From assembly GCF_000039765.1 (NCBI RefSeq), contig NC_004460.2, forward strand, positions 1,590,001 to 1,622,000: a stretch of 32,000 nucleotides of DNA. The letters are read 5' to 3'. Below the pieces are notes generated by a model. It saw only the letters and a program-made list of their open reading frames with translations, had not been told where the DNA came from and searched no databases. Positions 24,585 through 32,000 of this stretch are shown piece after piece. How positions within the stretch are numbered: the first letter of the stretch is position 1; each line of letters opens with the position of its first letter. Source of the DNA: Vibrio vulnificus CMCP6. GTDB taxonomy: Bacteria; Pseudomonadota; Gammaproteobacteria; Enterobacterales; Vibrionaceae. A program made the translations under genes and the position numbers.

Positions 24585-26014
24585 CAATGTAGATCAGATA
24601 AGGATCGGTTGACCGATCCTTCTGATGAGAGACAATCGGAAACCTGTTTATAGGTTTCCGATTTTTTATGTCTATCCAAAACTATTTTGCTGACTTTCTT
24701 GAAGAGAGTCCTGTTGATGTCGCTCAGCTCACCACCTTCTCCGAGCATATTCCTGATGAGTGGGTTGCTAAAGCGGCAACACTTTCCGATAAAGCGACAA
24801 TTCGTCGACGTCGTTTACCTAGTGATATGGTTCTTTGGCTTATTGTTGGAATGGCGTTTTTCCGCAATGAGTCTATTGCAGAAGTCGCACGGCGAATGAA
24901 TGTCTGTGCCGAGGGCTTAGCCGATGAGGAACTGCTAGCTAAAAGTGCTTTAACGCAAGCAAGGCAACGCCTTGGTAAAGCTGCTCCAGAATGGTTGTTT
25001 AGACAATGCAGTCACACATGGGGTCTAGAGCGTTACCCCGAGGATACTTGGCAAGGCTTACAAGTCTTCGCTATTGATGGGGCTCTTTTTCGAACCGCTG
25101 ATACATCAGAACTAAGAGAACATTTTGGGTCAGGTAATACATCCAGCGAGAGGCAGACACCTCATCCAGTACTCAGGGTGGTGACCATGATGAATGTTCG
25201 CTCACATGTCATTGTAGACGCAGCTATAAGCCCCTATCGTCGTGGTGAAATACCGCTTGCAATGCCCTTTATTGACTCTCTACCTGATAACTCATTGACT
25301 TTACTAGATAAGGGGTTTTATGGCGCAGACTTACTTCTTTCTCTCCAAAATAGTGGCTCCAACAGGCATTGGTTGTTACCAGCGAAGAAAGGGGTGAAAT
25401 TCAGACTTCTGGACGATGAAGAGAGCGACGACATGTTGGTAGAAATGAAAGTCTCTCCACAGGCTCGCAAGAAAAATCCTAACCTACCTGAAAAATGGCA
25501 AGTCAGAGCCGTTACTTATCAAGTACAAGGTAAGCACAAAACAGTGTTTACGTCTTTGCCTAGGGAAGAGTACGATGCGGAATCAGTAGCCGAGCTTTAC
25601 CATGAGAGATGGGAAATTGAGTTAGGGTACAGAGACATAAAAAGTTCGATGCAGCACAACGCGTTAGTGCTGAGGAGTAAGACGGTCGAGCTTGTCTATC
25701 AAGAGTTATGGGGGCTGTTGCTTGGTTATAACTTGGTAAGACGAGAAGCCAGTCAAGCGGCCGTAGCACATGGTCGAATGGCCAATGAAATCAGTTTTAA
25801 ATACGCTTGTCAGTTCATCGCTAGTCAACTGAAAGTAATGAGCAAAGCGGTATCTCCAGGTAATACACCGAAGCGTCTAAAAAGTCTGCGCGGAGACTTA
25901 TCCATCCTTTTTATAGACAAACGCCCTAAGCCAAATCGGCCTAGGGCGGTAAAAATATCAAAGACCCGATATCCTGTTAATCGCAAAGCAGCTCCTCTTA
26001 AGTGAACTACATTG
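24585..26014 (+). mobile_element. Intact IS4-family insertion sequence (1430 bp)
   Basis: The terminal inverted repeats CAATGTAGATCAGATAAG and CAATGTAGTTCACTTAAG match at 15 of 18 positions. It carries a single DDE transposase ORF and 12-bp direct repeats. Size and duplication length match E. coli IS4 (1426 bp, 11-13 bp). Confidence 0.88.
24668..26005 (+). CDS. IS4-family DDE transposase (InsG-like)
   Basis: Collinear by eye with E. coli IS4 InsG (RRRRLP..MV.W.IVGMA, AIDG..FRTPDT, LDKGFY, HWL.PAKKG, SPQARKK.P.L, YHERWEIELGYRDIK, ELWG.LL.YNLVR). The stop lies inside the right inverted repeat. Confidence 0.92.
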   Translation: MSIQNYFADFLEESPVDVAQLTTFSEHIPDEWVAKAATLSDKATIRRRRLPSDMVLWLIVGMAFFRNESIAEVARRMNVCAEGLADEELLAKSALTQARQRLGKAAPEWLFRQCSHTWGLERYPEDTWQGLQVFAIDGALFRTADTSELREHFGSGNTSSERQTPHPVLRVVTMMNVRSHVIVDAAISPYRRGEIPLAMPFIDSLPDNSLTLLDKGFYGADLLLSLQNSGSNRHWLLPAKKGVKFRLLDDEESDDMLVEMKVSPQARKKNPNLPEKWQVRAVTYQVQGKHKTVFTSLPREEYDAESVAELYHERWEIELGYRDIKSSMQHNALVLRSKTVELVYQELWGLLLGYNLVRREASQAAVAHGRMANEISFKYACQFIASQLKVMSKAVSPGNTPKRLKSLRGDLSILFIDKRPKPNRPRAVKISKTRYPVNRKAAPLK

Positions 26015-26026
26015 CCAACATGCTGG
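26015..26026. repeat. Right target-site duplication of the IS (CCAACATGCTGG)
   Basis: See the left copy. Confidence 0.75.
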
Positions 26027-26055
26027 GGCGTTTTTGTTTGGCTCAATGAGCTCGA

Positions 26056-26403
26056 TTACTGGGTATACAACTGCCTAACAGGCTCTTGTTCGGTGTAGTC
26101 TATCCATTCGCTTTGAGCCAGTTGATCCATTTGCTCTTGACTACCGGACACCACCAACACACGTTGTTTGACCAAGGCATCCACCACTTCGATCTTGAGC
26201 GAGCGAAGAAGCTCACGGACCTCGCTCTCTTTGCCTGCCTGATACTTAACAAAGTACCTTGGCGGTTGTTGAGTGGAGAACGCTTCGTTTTGACCATCGA
26301 CAGGAAACCCCTTGTTATTGGCGAAGGAATACCCTGCGGCAATGGAGAGGGCGAGAATCGTTGTCGTCATCGCGGTCGTTTTTGCGGTGAACTTCTTCAT
26401 CAT
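26056..26403 (-). CDS. Secreted stand-alone subtilase-propeptide-like (inhibitor I9-like) protein
   Basis: Signal peptide MMKKFTAKTTAMTTTILALSIAAGYSFA/NN. The remainder, RYFVKYQAGKESEVRELL...VLVVSGSQEQMDQLAQSEWIDYTEQEPVRQLY, follows the I9 propeptide pattern (compare KYIVKFKEG...YSVEIDNSELSELRSHTDVEYVEVDPPRYL in the adjacent protease). A GGAG Shine-Dalgarno overlaps the protease stop, and the gap is 6 nt. Confidence 0.65.
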   Translation of the reverse strand: MMKKFTAKTTAMTTTILALSIAAGYSFANNKGFPVDGQNEAFSTQQPPRYFVKYQAGKESEVRELLRSLKIEVVDALVKQRVLVVSGSQEQMDQLAQSEWIDYTEQEPVRQLYTQ

Positions 26404-26409
26404 GACTCC

Positions 26410-28434
26410 TTACTGGAAGGTTAATGTCCAGCTATTAATCGTCCCTGTGTCTCTTCTGGCACTGTCTACTGCTTTTAGTTCCCAAACACCTTGAGATTCA
26501 AAACCGCTGAAATCCACTTGGTAGCTTTGACGAATATCATTCGCTGAACCGCCAGAGTTGTTGTGCAGCACCACTTCTCCACCAGTTGGTGAGGTGAGTG
26601 TGACCTTAAGATCGCCAATGTAAGTGTGGCTGATATCCAAATCGATGCTAACCACACCAGCATCGCCAGAGCGCGCTACATCCAAAACGCTGATGACACC
26701 CGCACGCGAATTGTCAGGGATCGACACCACATTGCTGTTGGTGTATGTATCTCCATCTGTACCTACTGGGCCATTACAGCCGGCATCTAGGTACGCTTTG
26801 GCTGCATCTGCATTGATCAAGCCATAGCCTGTGCGGTTGTCACGTCCTGCGACATCGATATCGGTTGCCGTTGCAGTTAACGCCTTACGCACTTGCTGCG
26901 CAGTACAAGTTGGGTGGAAGCTCCAAACCAAGCCCGCAACGCCGGTCACGTGTGGCGTCGCCATTGACGTGCCATTGTAGTACTCGTAATCGCGGCCTGT
27001 GGTGGTGGAAACCGTCACCGCTTGACCAACCACGTTCGCCAGCTCCAGACCCAATGTGCGATCAACCGTCATCGAGACCATGCGGTAGCTGTCGTTGTTA
27101 TCGAGCACAAATGGATTCTGCAAGCCCGGCAATGCTGAATTACTGTAGACAATCGCCGCGCTGGCCCCTGCATCGTGACACGCTTTCACTGCGTTGATTT
27201 CTGGACGAGCGGAAGCGGTTTGATTGTCGATACGCTCAGTCAAACAGATTTTGCCACTCATATCGCCACACACATATTGGCCGGAAGAGATGTCACAAGA
27301 GGCGAGCGCTGCGGTAACATTGCCTGCCACGGGGGCTGGCACATAATTGCTGCCGCTAACAATGAGGCGATTATGTGGCACCACACCACGGTCAAAGTAG
27401 CTGCTGCCATTGAGTGAAATATCGGAAAGCACCCCTTCACCCACGGTGACAGTTGAAAGAATCGCCACACCTGGCGCAGCAATTTCTACTTGGTTAGTGG
27501 CTTGAGAAAACGCCGCGTGGTCGTTGTTGCTGTCCACCGCCGCAACGGACATGACAGAATCGTAAGAAGCCGGGTAGCTGTGAGCGGTATTGCCCGAGTT
27601 ACCTGCCGCAGCAATCAATAATACGCCTTGATCGTAAATCGTCTTCAGGGCATTTTCTTCCGTGCGGCTAGATTGGCTACCACCAAGGCTCATGTTCACA
27701 ACATTCGCGCCGTTGTCAGCACAAGTTTGAATCGCCTTCACCAAGCTCGAAGAGTATCCCCAGCCTGATTCGTTAAACACCTTCACAATGTGCAGATTGA
27801 CGTTTTGATTCGGCATAATGCCTTTCACGCCTTCATTGTTGGCAATCGCTGCGATGGTGCCAGCAACGTGGGTGCCGTGGGCGTTGTTGTTACCCGGATC
27901 GCTCCATGATCCTGTGCCACTGTCGTTGCTGCCATTGACGCGGTTACCGCTTAAGTCATTGTGGCTTAAATCGTAGCCTGAATCGATGATACAAACGGTG
28001 CGATTGCCAGCGTCACTGTCCATCAACAATTGGGCGTTGACCGCGCCATAACCCCAAGGCGTCGTTTCACTGAGTAAATAGCGTGGTGGATCCACTTCGA
28101 CATATTCCACATCCGTGTGGCTTCTCAGTTCACTGAGTTCTGAGTTGTCGATTTCAACGCTATAAATGGCTTGATTGCCAAGCCTTTCGACTTTTCGTGC
28201 TTTGACTTTATCCAACACCGCTTCACGAACCATGTTTGGCGCAAAGAAGCGGTTATGAGTCATTGCTGAGCGAGCGTTACTGCCTTCCTTAAATTTCACA
28301 ATGTATTTGGTGGGAAGATCACTTTCGTCGAAGGCCATCGGCGGAACTGCGTGCGCCGATGTGGACGTCATGATGGCTGCAGCAAGGGCAGTGAGGGATA
28401 AAATCCCGGAAGCTTTTGTTGTTGTGTAATGCAT
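26410..28434 (-). CDS. Extracellular subtilisin-family (S8) serine protease: signal, I9 propeptide, S8 with PA-like insert, C-terminal P (proprotein-convertase) domain
   Basis: The catalytic triad contexts are VCIIDSGYD, HGTHVAGTIAA and GTSMATPHVTGVAGLV. An insert of about 160 aa with a PA-like pattern (GKICLTERID...ACHDAGASAAIVYSN) lies before the Ser. The C-terminus SHTYIGDLKVTLTSPTGGEVVLHN...WELKAVDSARRDTGTINSWTLTF is P-domain-like. Confidence 0.92.
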   Translation of the reverse strand: MHYTTTKASGILSLTALAAAIMTSTSAHAVPPMAFDESDLPTKYIVKFKEGSNARSAMTHNRFFAPNMVREAVLDKVKARKVERLGNQAIYSVEIDNSELSELRSHTDVEYVEVDPPRYLLSETTPWGYGAVNAQLLMDSDAGNRTVCIIDSGYDLSHNDLSGNRVNGSNDSGTGSWSDPGNNNAHGTHVAGTIAAIANNEGVKGIMPNQNVNLHIVKVFNESGWGYSSSLVKAIQTCADNGANVVNMSLGGSQSSRTEENALKTIYDQGVLLIAAAGNSGNTAHSYPASYDSVMSVAAVDSNNDHAAFSQATNQVEIAAPGVAILSTVTVGEGVLSDISLNGSSYFDRGVVPHNRLIVSGSNYVPAPVAGNVTAALASCDISSGQYVCGDMSGKICLTERIDNQTASARPEINAVKACHDAGASAAIVYSNSALPGLQNPFVLDNNDSYRMVSMTVDRTLGLELANVVGQAVTVSTTTGRDYEYYNGTSMATPHVTGVAGLVWSFHPTCTAQQVRKALTATATDIDVAGRDNRTGYGLINADAAKAYLDAGCNGPVGTDGDTYTNSNVVSIPDNSRAGVISVLDVARSGDAGVVSIDLDISHTYIGDLKVTLTSPTGGEVVLHNNSGGSANDIRQSYQVDFSGFESQGVWELKAVDSARRDTGTINSWTLTFQ

Positions 28435-28874
28435 TTGCTCTATTCCTTTTGAGCTGGTTATTTATGCGTAAATGCGCAATGAAAAGTCACTTTGTGTGTT
28501 TTCAATTGCGTTACTTAGCTATAACGCTTGGTTATAAAATGCCAAAAAAATCGCATCATATAGAACAGATAATGAACAGGTTGTCACCGATTAAACAGAA
28601 CGAGTGAACATGATTTGTTCGGTCAAAATGCTTATAAAGCAAAAACTTAATTACAAGAAAGTGAATGTTAAATTATTGTGAGTGAGTAATTATTCTAAAT
28701 TTATAAATTATGGCGCTATAAATCCCATGAATGCTTTTTGACTTTGGTACCAGTTTTGTAAAATTGAATACTTAGTTAGTTGACTTGGTAGAGTTTGTAC
28801 TCAAAATGAGAAGGTTCCCAGTGAGAAATTCTCTCAACTGGTGATTAATAATCAAAACATAAGAAGATAGTTCT

Positions 28875-30128
28875 ATGAAGAAGATAACTATTCTGTTGGG
28901 TGCTCTGTTGCCCTTCACATCTGCAGTGGCGGATGAGCCAGCTCTCTCTCCTGAAGCGATCACTTCAGCACAGGTGTTCAGTACGCAAAGCAAAGAAACG
29001 TATACTTATGTACGTTGTTGGTATCGAACGGGCAACTCTCATGACGAATCGGCGACCGATTGGGAATGGGCTGAAAATCCGGACGGTAGCTACTTTACCA
29101 TCGACGGTTACTGGTGGAGCTCGGTTCGCCTGAAAAACATGTTCTACACCAACACATCACAAAACGTGATTAAGCAACGTTGTGAAGAGACGCTAGGCGT
29201 CACGCACGATGCCGCAGACATTACTTATTTTGCTGCGGACAACCGTTGGTCATACAACCACACCATTTGGACCAATGATCCGGTGATGCAAGCCGATCAA
29301 ATCAACAAGATTGTCGCATTCGGTGACAGCCTCTCTGATACCGGCAACATCTTCAACGCGGCGCAGTGGCGCTTCCCGAACCCAGATACCTGGTTCCTTG
29401 GCCATTTCTCTAACGGTTTTGTTTGGACGGAATACATCGCGCAGGCGAAGAAACTGCCTCTCTATAACTGGGCAGTGGGTGGCGCGGCCGGTTCCAACCA
29501 ATACGTGGCGCTAACTGGCGTGAAAGATCAGGTTCTTTCTTACCTCACGTACGCCAAAATGGCGAAAAACTACAAGCCAGAAAACACCTTGTTCACACTG
29601 GAGTTTGGCTTGAACGACTTCATGAACTACAACCGCGAAGTGGTGGATGTGAAAGCCGATTTCAGCACCGCGCTGATCAAACTCACTGACGCAGGGGCGA
29701 AGAACATCATGCTGATGACCTTGCCTGATGCAACCAAAGCGCCACAGTTCAAATACTCCACTCAAGCGGAAATAGAGAAAGTGCGCGCGAAGATCGTCGA
29801 GTTCAACGAGTTCATCAAAGCACAAGCGGCCTTCTACATCATTCAGGGTTACAACATCACCCTTTACGATACACATGGCCTGTTTGAACAACTGACGCAA
29901 AACCCACAGCAACATGGTTTTGTAAACGCCAGCGACGCTTGTTTGAACATCAATCGTGCCTCTTCTGCGGACTACCTATACAGCCACAGCTTGACCAACG
30001 ATTGTGCCACTCACAGCTCAGACAAATACGTATTCTGGGGCGTGACGCATCCCACCACGGCAGTGCACAAATACATCGCCGAGAAAATGCTCGCACCAGG
30101 GGCAGGCATGCAACGCTTTAATTTTTAG
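28875..30128 (+). CDS. tlh: Thermolabile hemolysin / lecithin-dependent phospholipase (TLH/PlpA family, SGNH-GDSL hydrolase)
   Basis: Closely collinear by eye with V. parahaemolyticus TLH (YTYVRCWYRT, YFTIDGYWWSS, FGDSLSDTGN with the catalytic Ser, GHFSNGFVWTEY, LFTLEFGLNDF, FWGVTHPTTAVH with the catalytic His). Confidence 0.92.
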   Translation: MKKITILLGALLPFTSAVADEPALSPEAITSAQVFSTQSKETYTYVRCWYRTGNSHDESATDWEWAENPDGSYFTIDGYWWSSVRLKNMFYTNTSQNVIKQRCEETLGVTHDAADITYFAADNRWSYNHTIWTNDPVMQADQINKIVAFGDSLSDTGNIFNAAQWRFPNPDTWFLGHFSNGFVWTEYIAQAKKLPLYNWAVGGAAGSNQYVALTGVKDQVLSYLTYAKMAKNYKPENTLFTLEFGLNDFMNYNREVVDVKADFSTALIKLTDAGAKNIMLMTLPDATKAPQFKYSTQAEIEKVRAKIVEFNEFIKAQAAFYIIQGYNITLYDTHGLFEQLTQNPQQHGFVNASDACLNINRASSADYLYSHSLTNDCATHSSDKYVFWGVTHPTTAVHKYIAEKMLAPGAGMQRFNF

Positions 30129-30164
30129 GTCAACAGAACCTAATACCTCTTAGCGTTAACAATG

Positions 30165-30198
30165 AAAACGGAAGCCAAGTGCTTCCGTTTTCTATTTA
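30165..30198 (+). terminator. Rho-independent terminator of tlh
   Basis: AAAACGGAAGC / GCTTCCGTTTT form an 11-bp stem with loop CAAGT, followed by a T-rich tail. Confidence 0.8.
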
Positions 30199-30402
30199 GG
30201 ATGGAATGGAGGAGGGGGGACAAATTTCATTTGTGCCTGAAATTCACTAATGCTTTTCCAAATACTGGGATAATCGTTTTCTCTGCCATGGATTACACTT
30301 GAAAGTAATAACGCGCATTCGCCTGTGACCCTTGTCACATAAAGGCTGCCCTATAATCAGCCGACCTCAAGGTTGGCCAATCAAACTGGAAGGAAATTCT
30401 CC

Positions 30403-31596
30403 ATGTCGTCTGCATTTTACCAGCAAATTCGCGATCAACTTGAAGATGTGAAAGCGGAAGGTCTCTACAAATCTGAACGTATTATTACTTCTCACCAGCA
30501 AGCAGCCGTTAAGATTGCCAGTGGCGAAGAAGTGTTGAACTTCTGTGCCAACAACTACCTAGGTTTGGCGAACCACCCTGCGCTGATTGAAGCGGCAAAA
30601 GAGGGCATGGACGGCCACGGTTTTGGTATGGCGTCTGTGCGCTTTATCTGTGGTACACAAGACATCCATAAAGAGCTAGAGCAAAAGCTTTCTCAATTCC
30701 TAGGTAAAGAAGACACCATCCTTTACACCTCTTGTTTCGATGCCAACGCGGGCCTATTTGAAACCTTGCTGGACAAAGAAGACGCGATCATCTCTGACGC
30801 ACTAAACCACGCTTCTATCATCGACGGTGTGCGCCTATGTAAAGCAATGCGTTTCCGCTACTCAAACAACAACATGGCCGAGCTAGAAGAGCAATTGATC
30901 GCAGCGGATGCCGCTGGCGCTCGCCACAAATTGATCGTCACTGACGGCGTGTTCTCAATGGATGGTGTGGTTGCGAACCTACCAGCAATTTGTGACCTTG
31001 CGGACAAATACAACGCGCTTGTGATGGTGGATGACTCTCACGCCGTCGGTTTTATGGGCAAAAACGGCGCAGGCACGCACGAGTATCATAACGTGATGGA
31101 TCGCATCGACATCATCACTGGTACGCTTGGCAAAGCGATGGGTGGCGCATCAGGCGGTTACACATCCGCAAAAGCAGAAGTGATCGACTGGTTACGTCAG
31201 CGTTCTCGTCCATACCTATTCTCAAACTCAGTGGCACCTGCCATTGTTGCCGCCTCAATTCGCGTATTGGATTTGCTACAAGAAAGTGGCGATCTACGTG
31301 AGCGTCTATGGGAAAACGCAGCGCACTTCCGCACGCGTATGGAAGCGGCTGGCTTCACCATGGGTGGTGCCGATCACGCTATCATTCCAATCATGCTAGG
31401 CGATGCCAAAGTGGCCGCAGAGTTTGCTGAGCGTGCCCTTGCAAAAGGCATCTACGTCATTGGTTTCTCTTTCCCTGTGGTACCAAAAGGCCAAGCACGT
31501 ATTCGTACGCAAATGTCTGCGGCGCACTCACGCGAGCAACTAGACCGCGCGATCGATGCCTTCATCGAAGTGGGCAAAGACATGGGTATCATCTAG
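30403..31596 (+). CDS. kbl: 2-amino-3-ketobutyrate CoA ligase (glycine C-acetyltransferase)
   Basis: Near-collinear with E. coli Kbl ([57 protein letters not shown] with the PLP Lys, [25 protein letters not shown]). I chose ATG 30403 with GGAAGGA upstream and rejected the TTG at 30373. Confidence 0.95.
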   Translation: MSSAFYQQIRDQLEDVKAEGLYKSERIITSHQQAAVKIASGEEVLNFCANNYLGLANHPALIEAAKEGMDGHGFGMASVRFICGTQDIHKELEQKLSQFLGKEDTILYTSCFDANAGLFETLLDKEDAIISDALNHASIIDGVRLCKAMRFRYSNNNMAELEEQLIAADAAGARHKLIVTDGVFSMDGVVANLPAICDLADKYNALVMVDDSHAVGFMGKNGAGTHEYHNVMDRIDIITGTLGKAMGGASGGYTSAKAEVIDWLRQRSRPYLFSNSVAPAIVAASIRVLDLLQESGDLRERLWENAAHFRTRMEAAGFTMGGADHAIIPIMLGDAKVAAEFAERALAKGIYVIGFSFPVVPKGQARIRTQMSAAHSREQLDRAIDAFIEVGKDMGII

Positions 31597-31600
31597 GATT

Positions 31601-31629
31601 CTAGTACCTAGTACCTAGTACCTAGTACC
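31601..31629. repeat. Heptanucleotide microsatellite (CTAGTAC) x4 in the kbl-tdh spacer
   Basis: CTAGTACCTAGTACCTAGTACCTAGTACC is read directly from the sequence. It begins 4 nt after the kbl stop. Confidence 0.9.
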
Positions 31630-31647
31630 TTTATTTAAGGCTAAATT

Positions 31648-32000
31648 ATGAAAATCAAAGCACTATCAAAGCTAAAGCCAGAAGAAGGCATTTGGATGAC
31701 CGAAGTGGACAAGCCTGTTCTTGGCCACAACGATCTGCTGATCAAAATTAAGAAAACCGCGATTTGTGGTACCGACGTACACATCTACAACTGGGACGAA
31801 TGGTCACAAAAAACCATCCCAGTACCTATGGTGGTTGGCCATGAATACGTGGGTGAAGTGGTTGGCATTGGCCAAGAAGTTCGTGGTTTTGAGATCGGTG
31901 ACCGCGTTTCTGGCGAAGGTCACATCACTTGTGGCCACTGTCGTAACTGCCGTGGTGGCCGCACGCACTTGTGCCGCAACACCATTGGTGTGGGCGTAAA
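31648..32000 (+). CDS. tdh: L-threonine 3-dehydrogenase, N-terminal part (3' end outside the window)
   Basis: ATG 31648 gives [78 protein letters not shown]...[22 protein letters not shown], nearly identical in pattern to E. coli Tdh. It is missing from the ORF track because no stop falls in the window. Confidence 0.93.
   Translation, partial: MKIKALSKLKPEEGIWMTEVDKPVLGHNDLLIKIKKTAICGTDVHIYNWDEWSQKTIPVPMVVGHEYVGEVVGIGQEVRGFEIGDRVSGEGHITCGHCRNCRGGRTHLCRNTIGVGV

Noticed and set aside
24169-24748. Two minus-strand ORFs (136 aa and 105 aa) spanning the MFS 3' end and the IS left end
   Set aside because: They are antisense to a well-supported MFS gene and to the transposase start. Their translations are low-complexity and Arg/Pro/Ser-rich, and one would cross the IS boundary, which is implausible for a native gene.
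28416-28607. A 63-aa plus-strand ORF in the protease-tlh intergenic region
   Set aside because: It begins inside the protease start-codon region, has no Shine-Dalgarno, lies in AT-rich promoter DNA and has an implausible composition. It is most likely spurious.
24573-30128. Whether the IS plus protease and tlh genes form a composite transposon or mobile virulence island
   Set aside because: Only one IS copy is present, and it has its own intact 12-bp target duplication, which indicates a simple insertion. No second IS, integrase, tRNA or att-like repeat brackets the exoenzyme genes.
31766-31999. A 77-aa ORF in the track at the right edge
   Set aside because: It is out of frame with the clearly recognisable tdh reading frame that starts at ATG 31648. 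Its Thr/Ala/Val-rich translation is a frame artefact.

Overview
The window looks like a Vibrio-type (Vibrionaceae) chromosomal segment. This call rests on by-eye protein similarity (TLH-type thermolabile hemolysin, Kbl/Tdh, periplasmic KatB/AnkB/SodC); the species cannot be fixed without a search. It is densely coding, with about 30 genes, and I saw no rRNA, tRNA, CRISPR or prophage genes. Left to right: a DMT transporter fragment, an LDH-like dehydrogenase, and an orphan PotD-like binding protein. Next is a translationally coupled operon of a TonB-dependent receptor, a YfiR-like protein (DUF4154) and a YfiN-like diguanylate cyclase, followed by an uncharacterised lipoprotein. Then come ybjQ, a LysR/EamA divergent pair, a 959-aa Cache-HAMP-GAF-HD-GYP protein, an SRPBCC protein, ycdX and cytochrome b562. 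A katB-ankB-sodC periplasmic oxidative-stress operon follows, then a DUF2946/PepSY-TM pair, a lysR-yaeR operon divergent from an MFS gene, and an intact IS4-family element. The right end holds an exoenzyme locus (subtilase plus a coupled stand-alone propeptide-like gene, divergent from tlh) and kbl-tdh. The best candidates for new biology are (1) the receptor/YfiR/cyclase operon, a YfiBNR-like c-di-GMP module in which an outer-membrane TonB-dependent receptor sits where YfiB would be, and (2) the subtilase with its secreted I9-like partner. Smaller observations: the IS sits in the loop of a terminator hairpin, and there are unusual intergenic repeats and hairpins. All homology statements are by-eye recognition, not database results.
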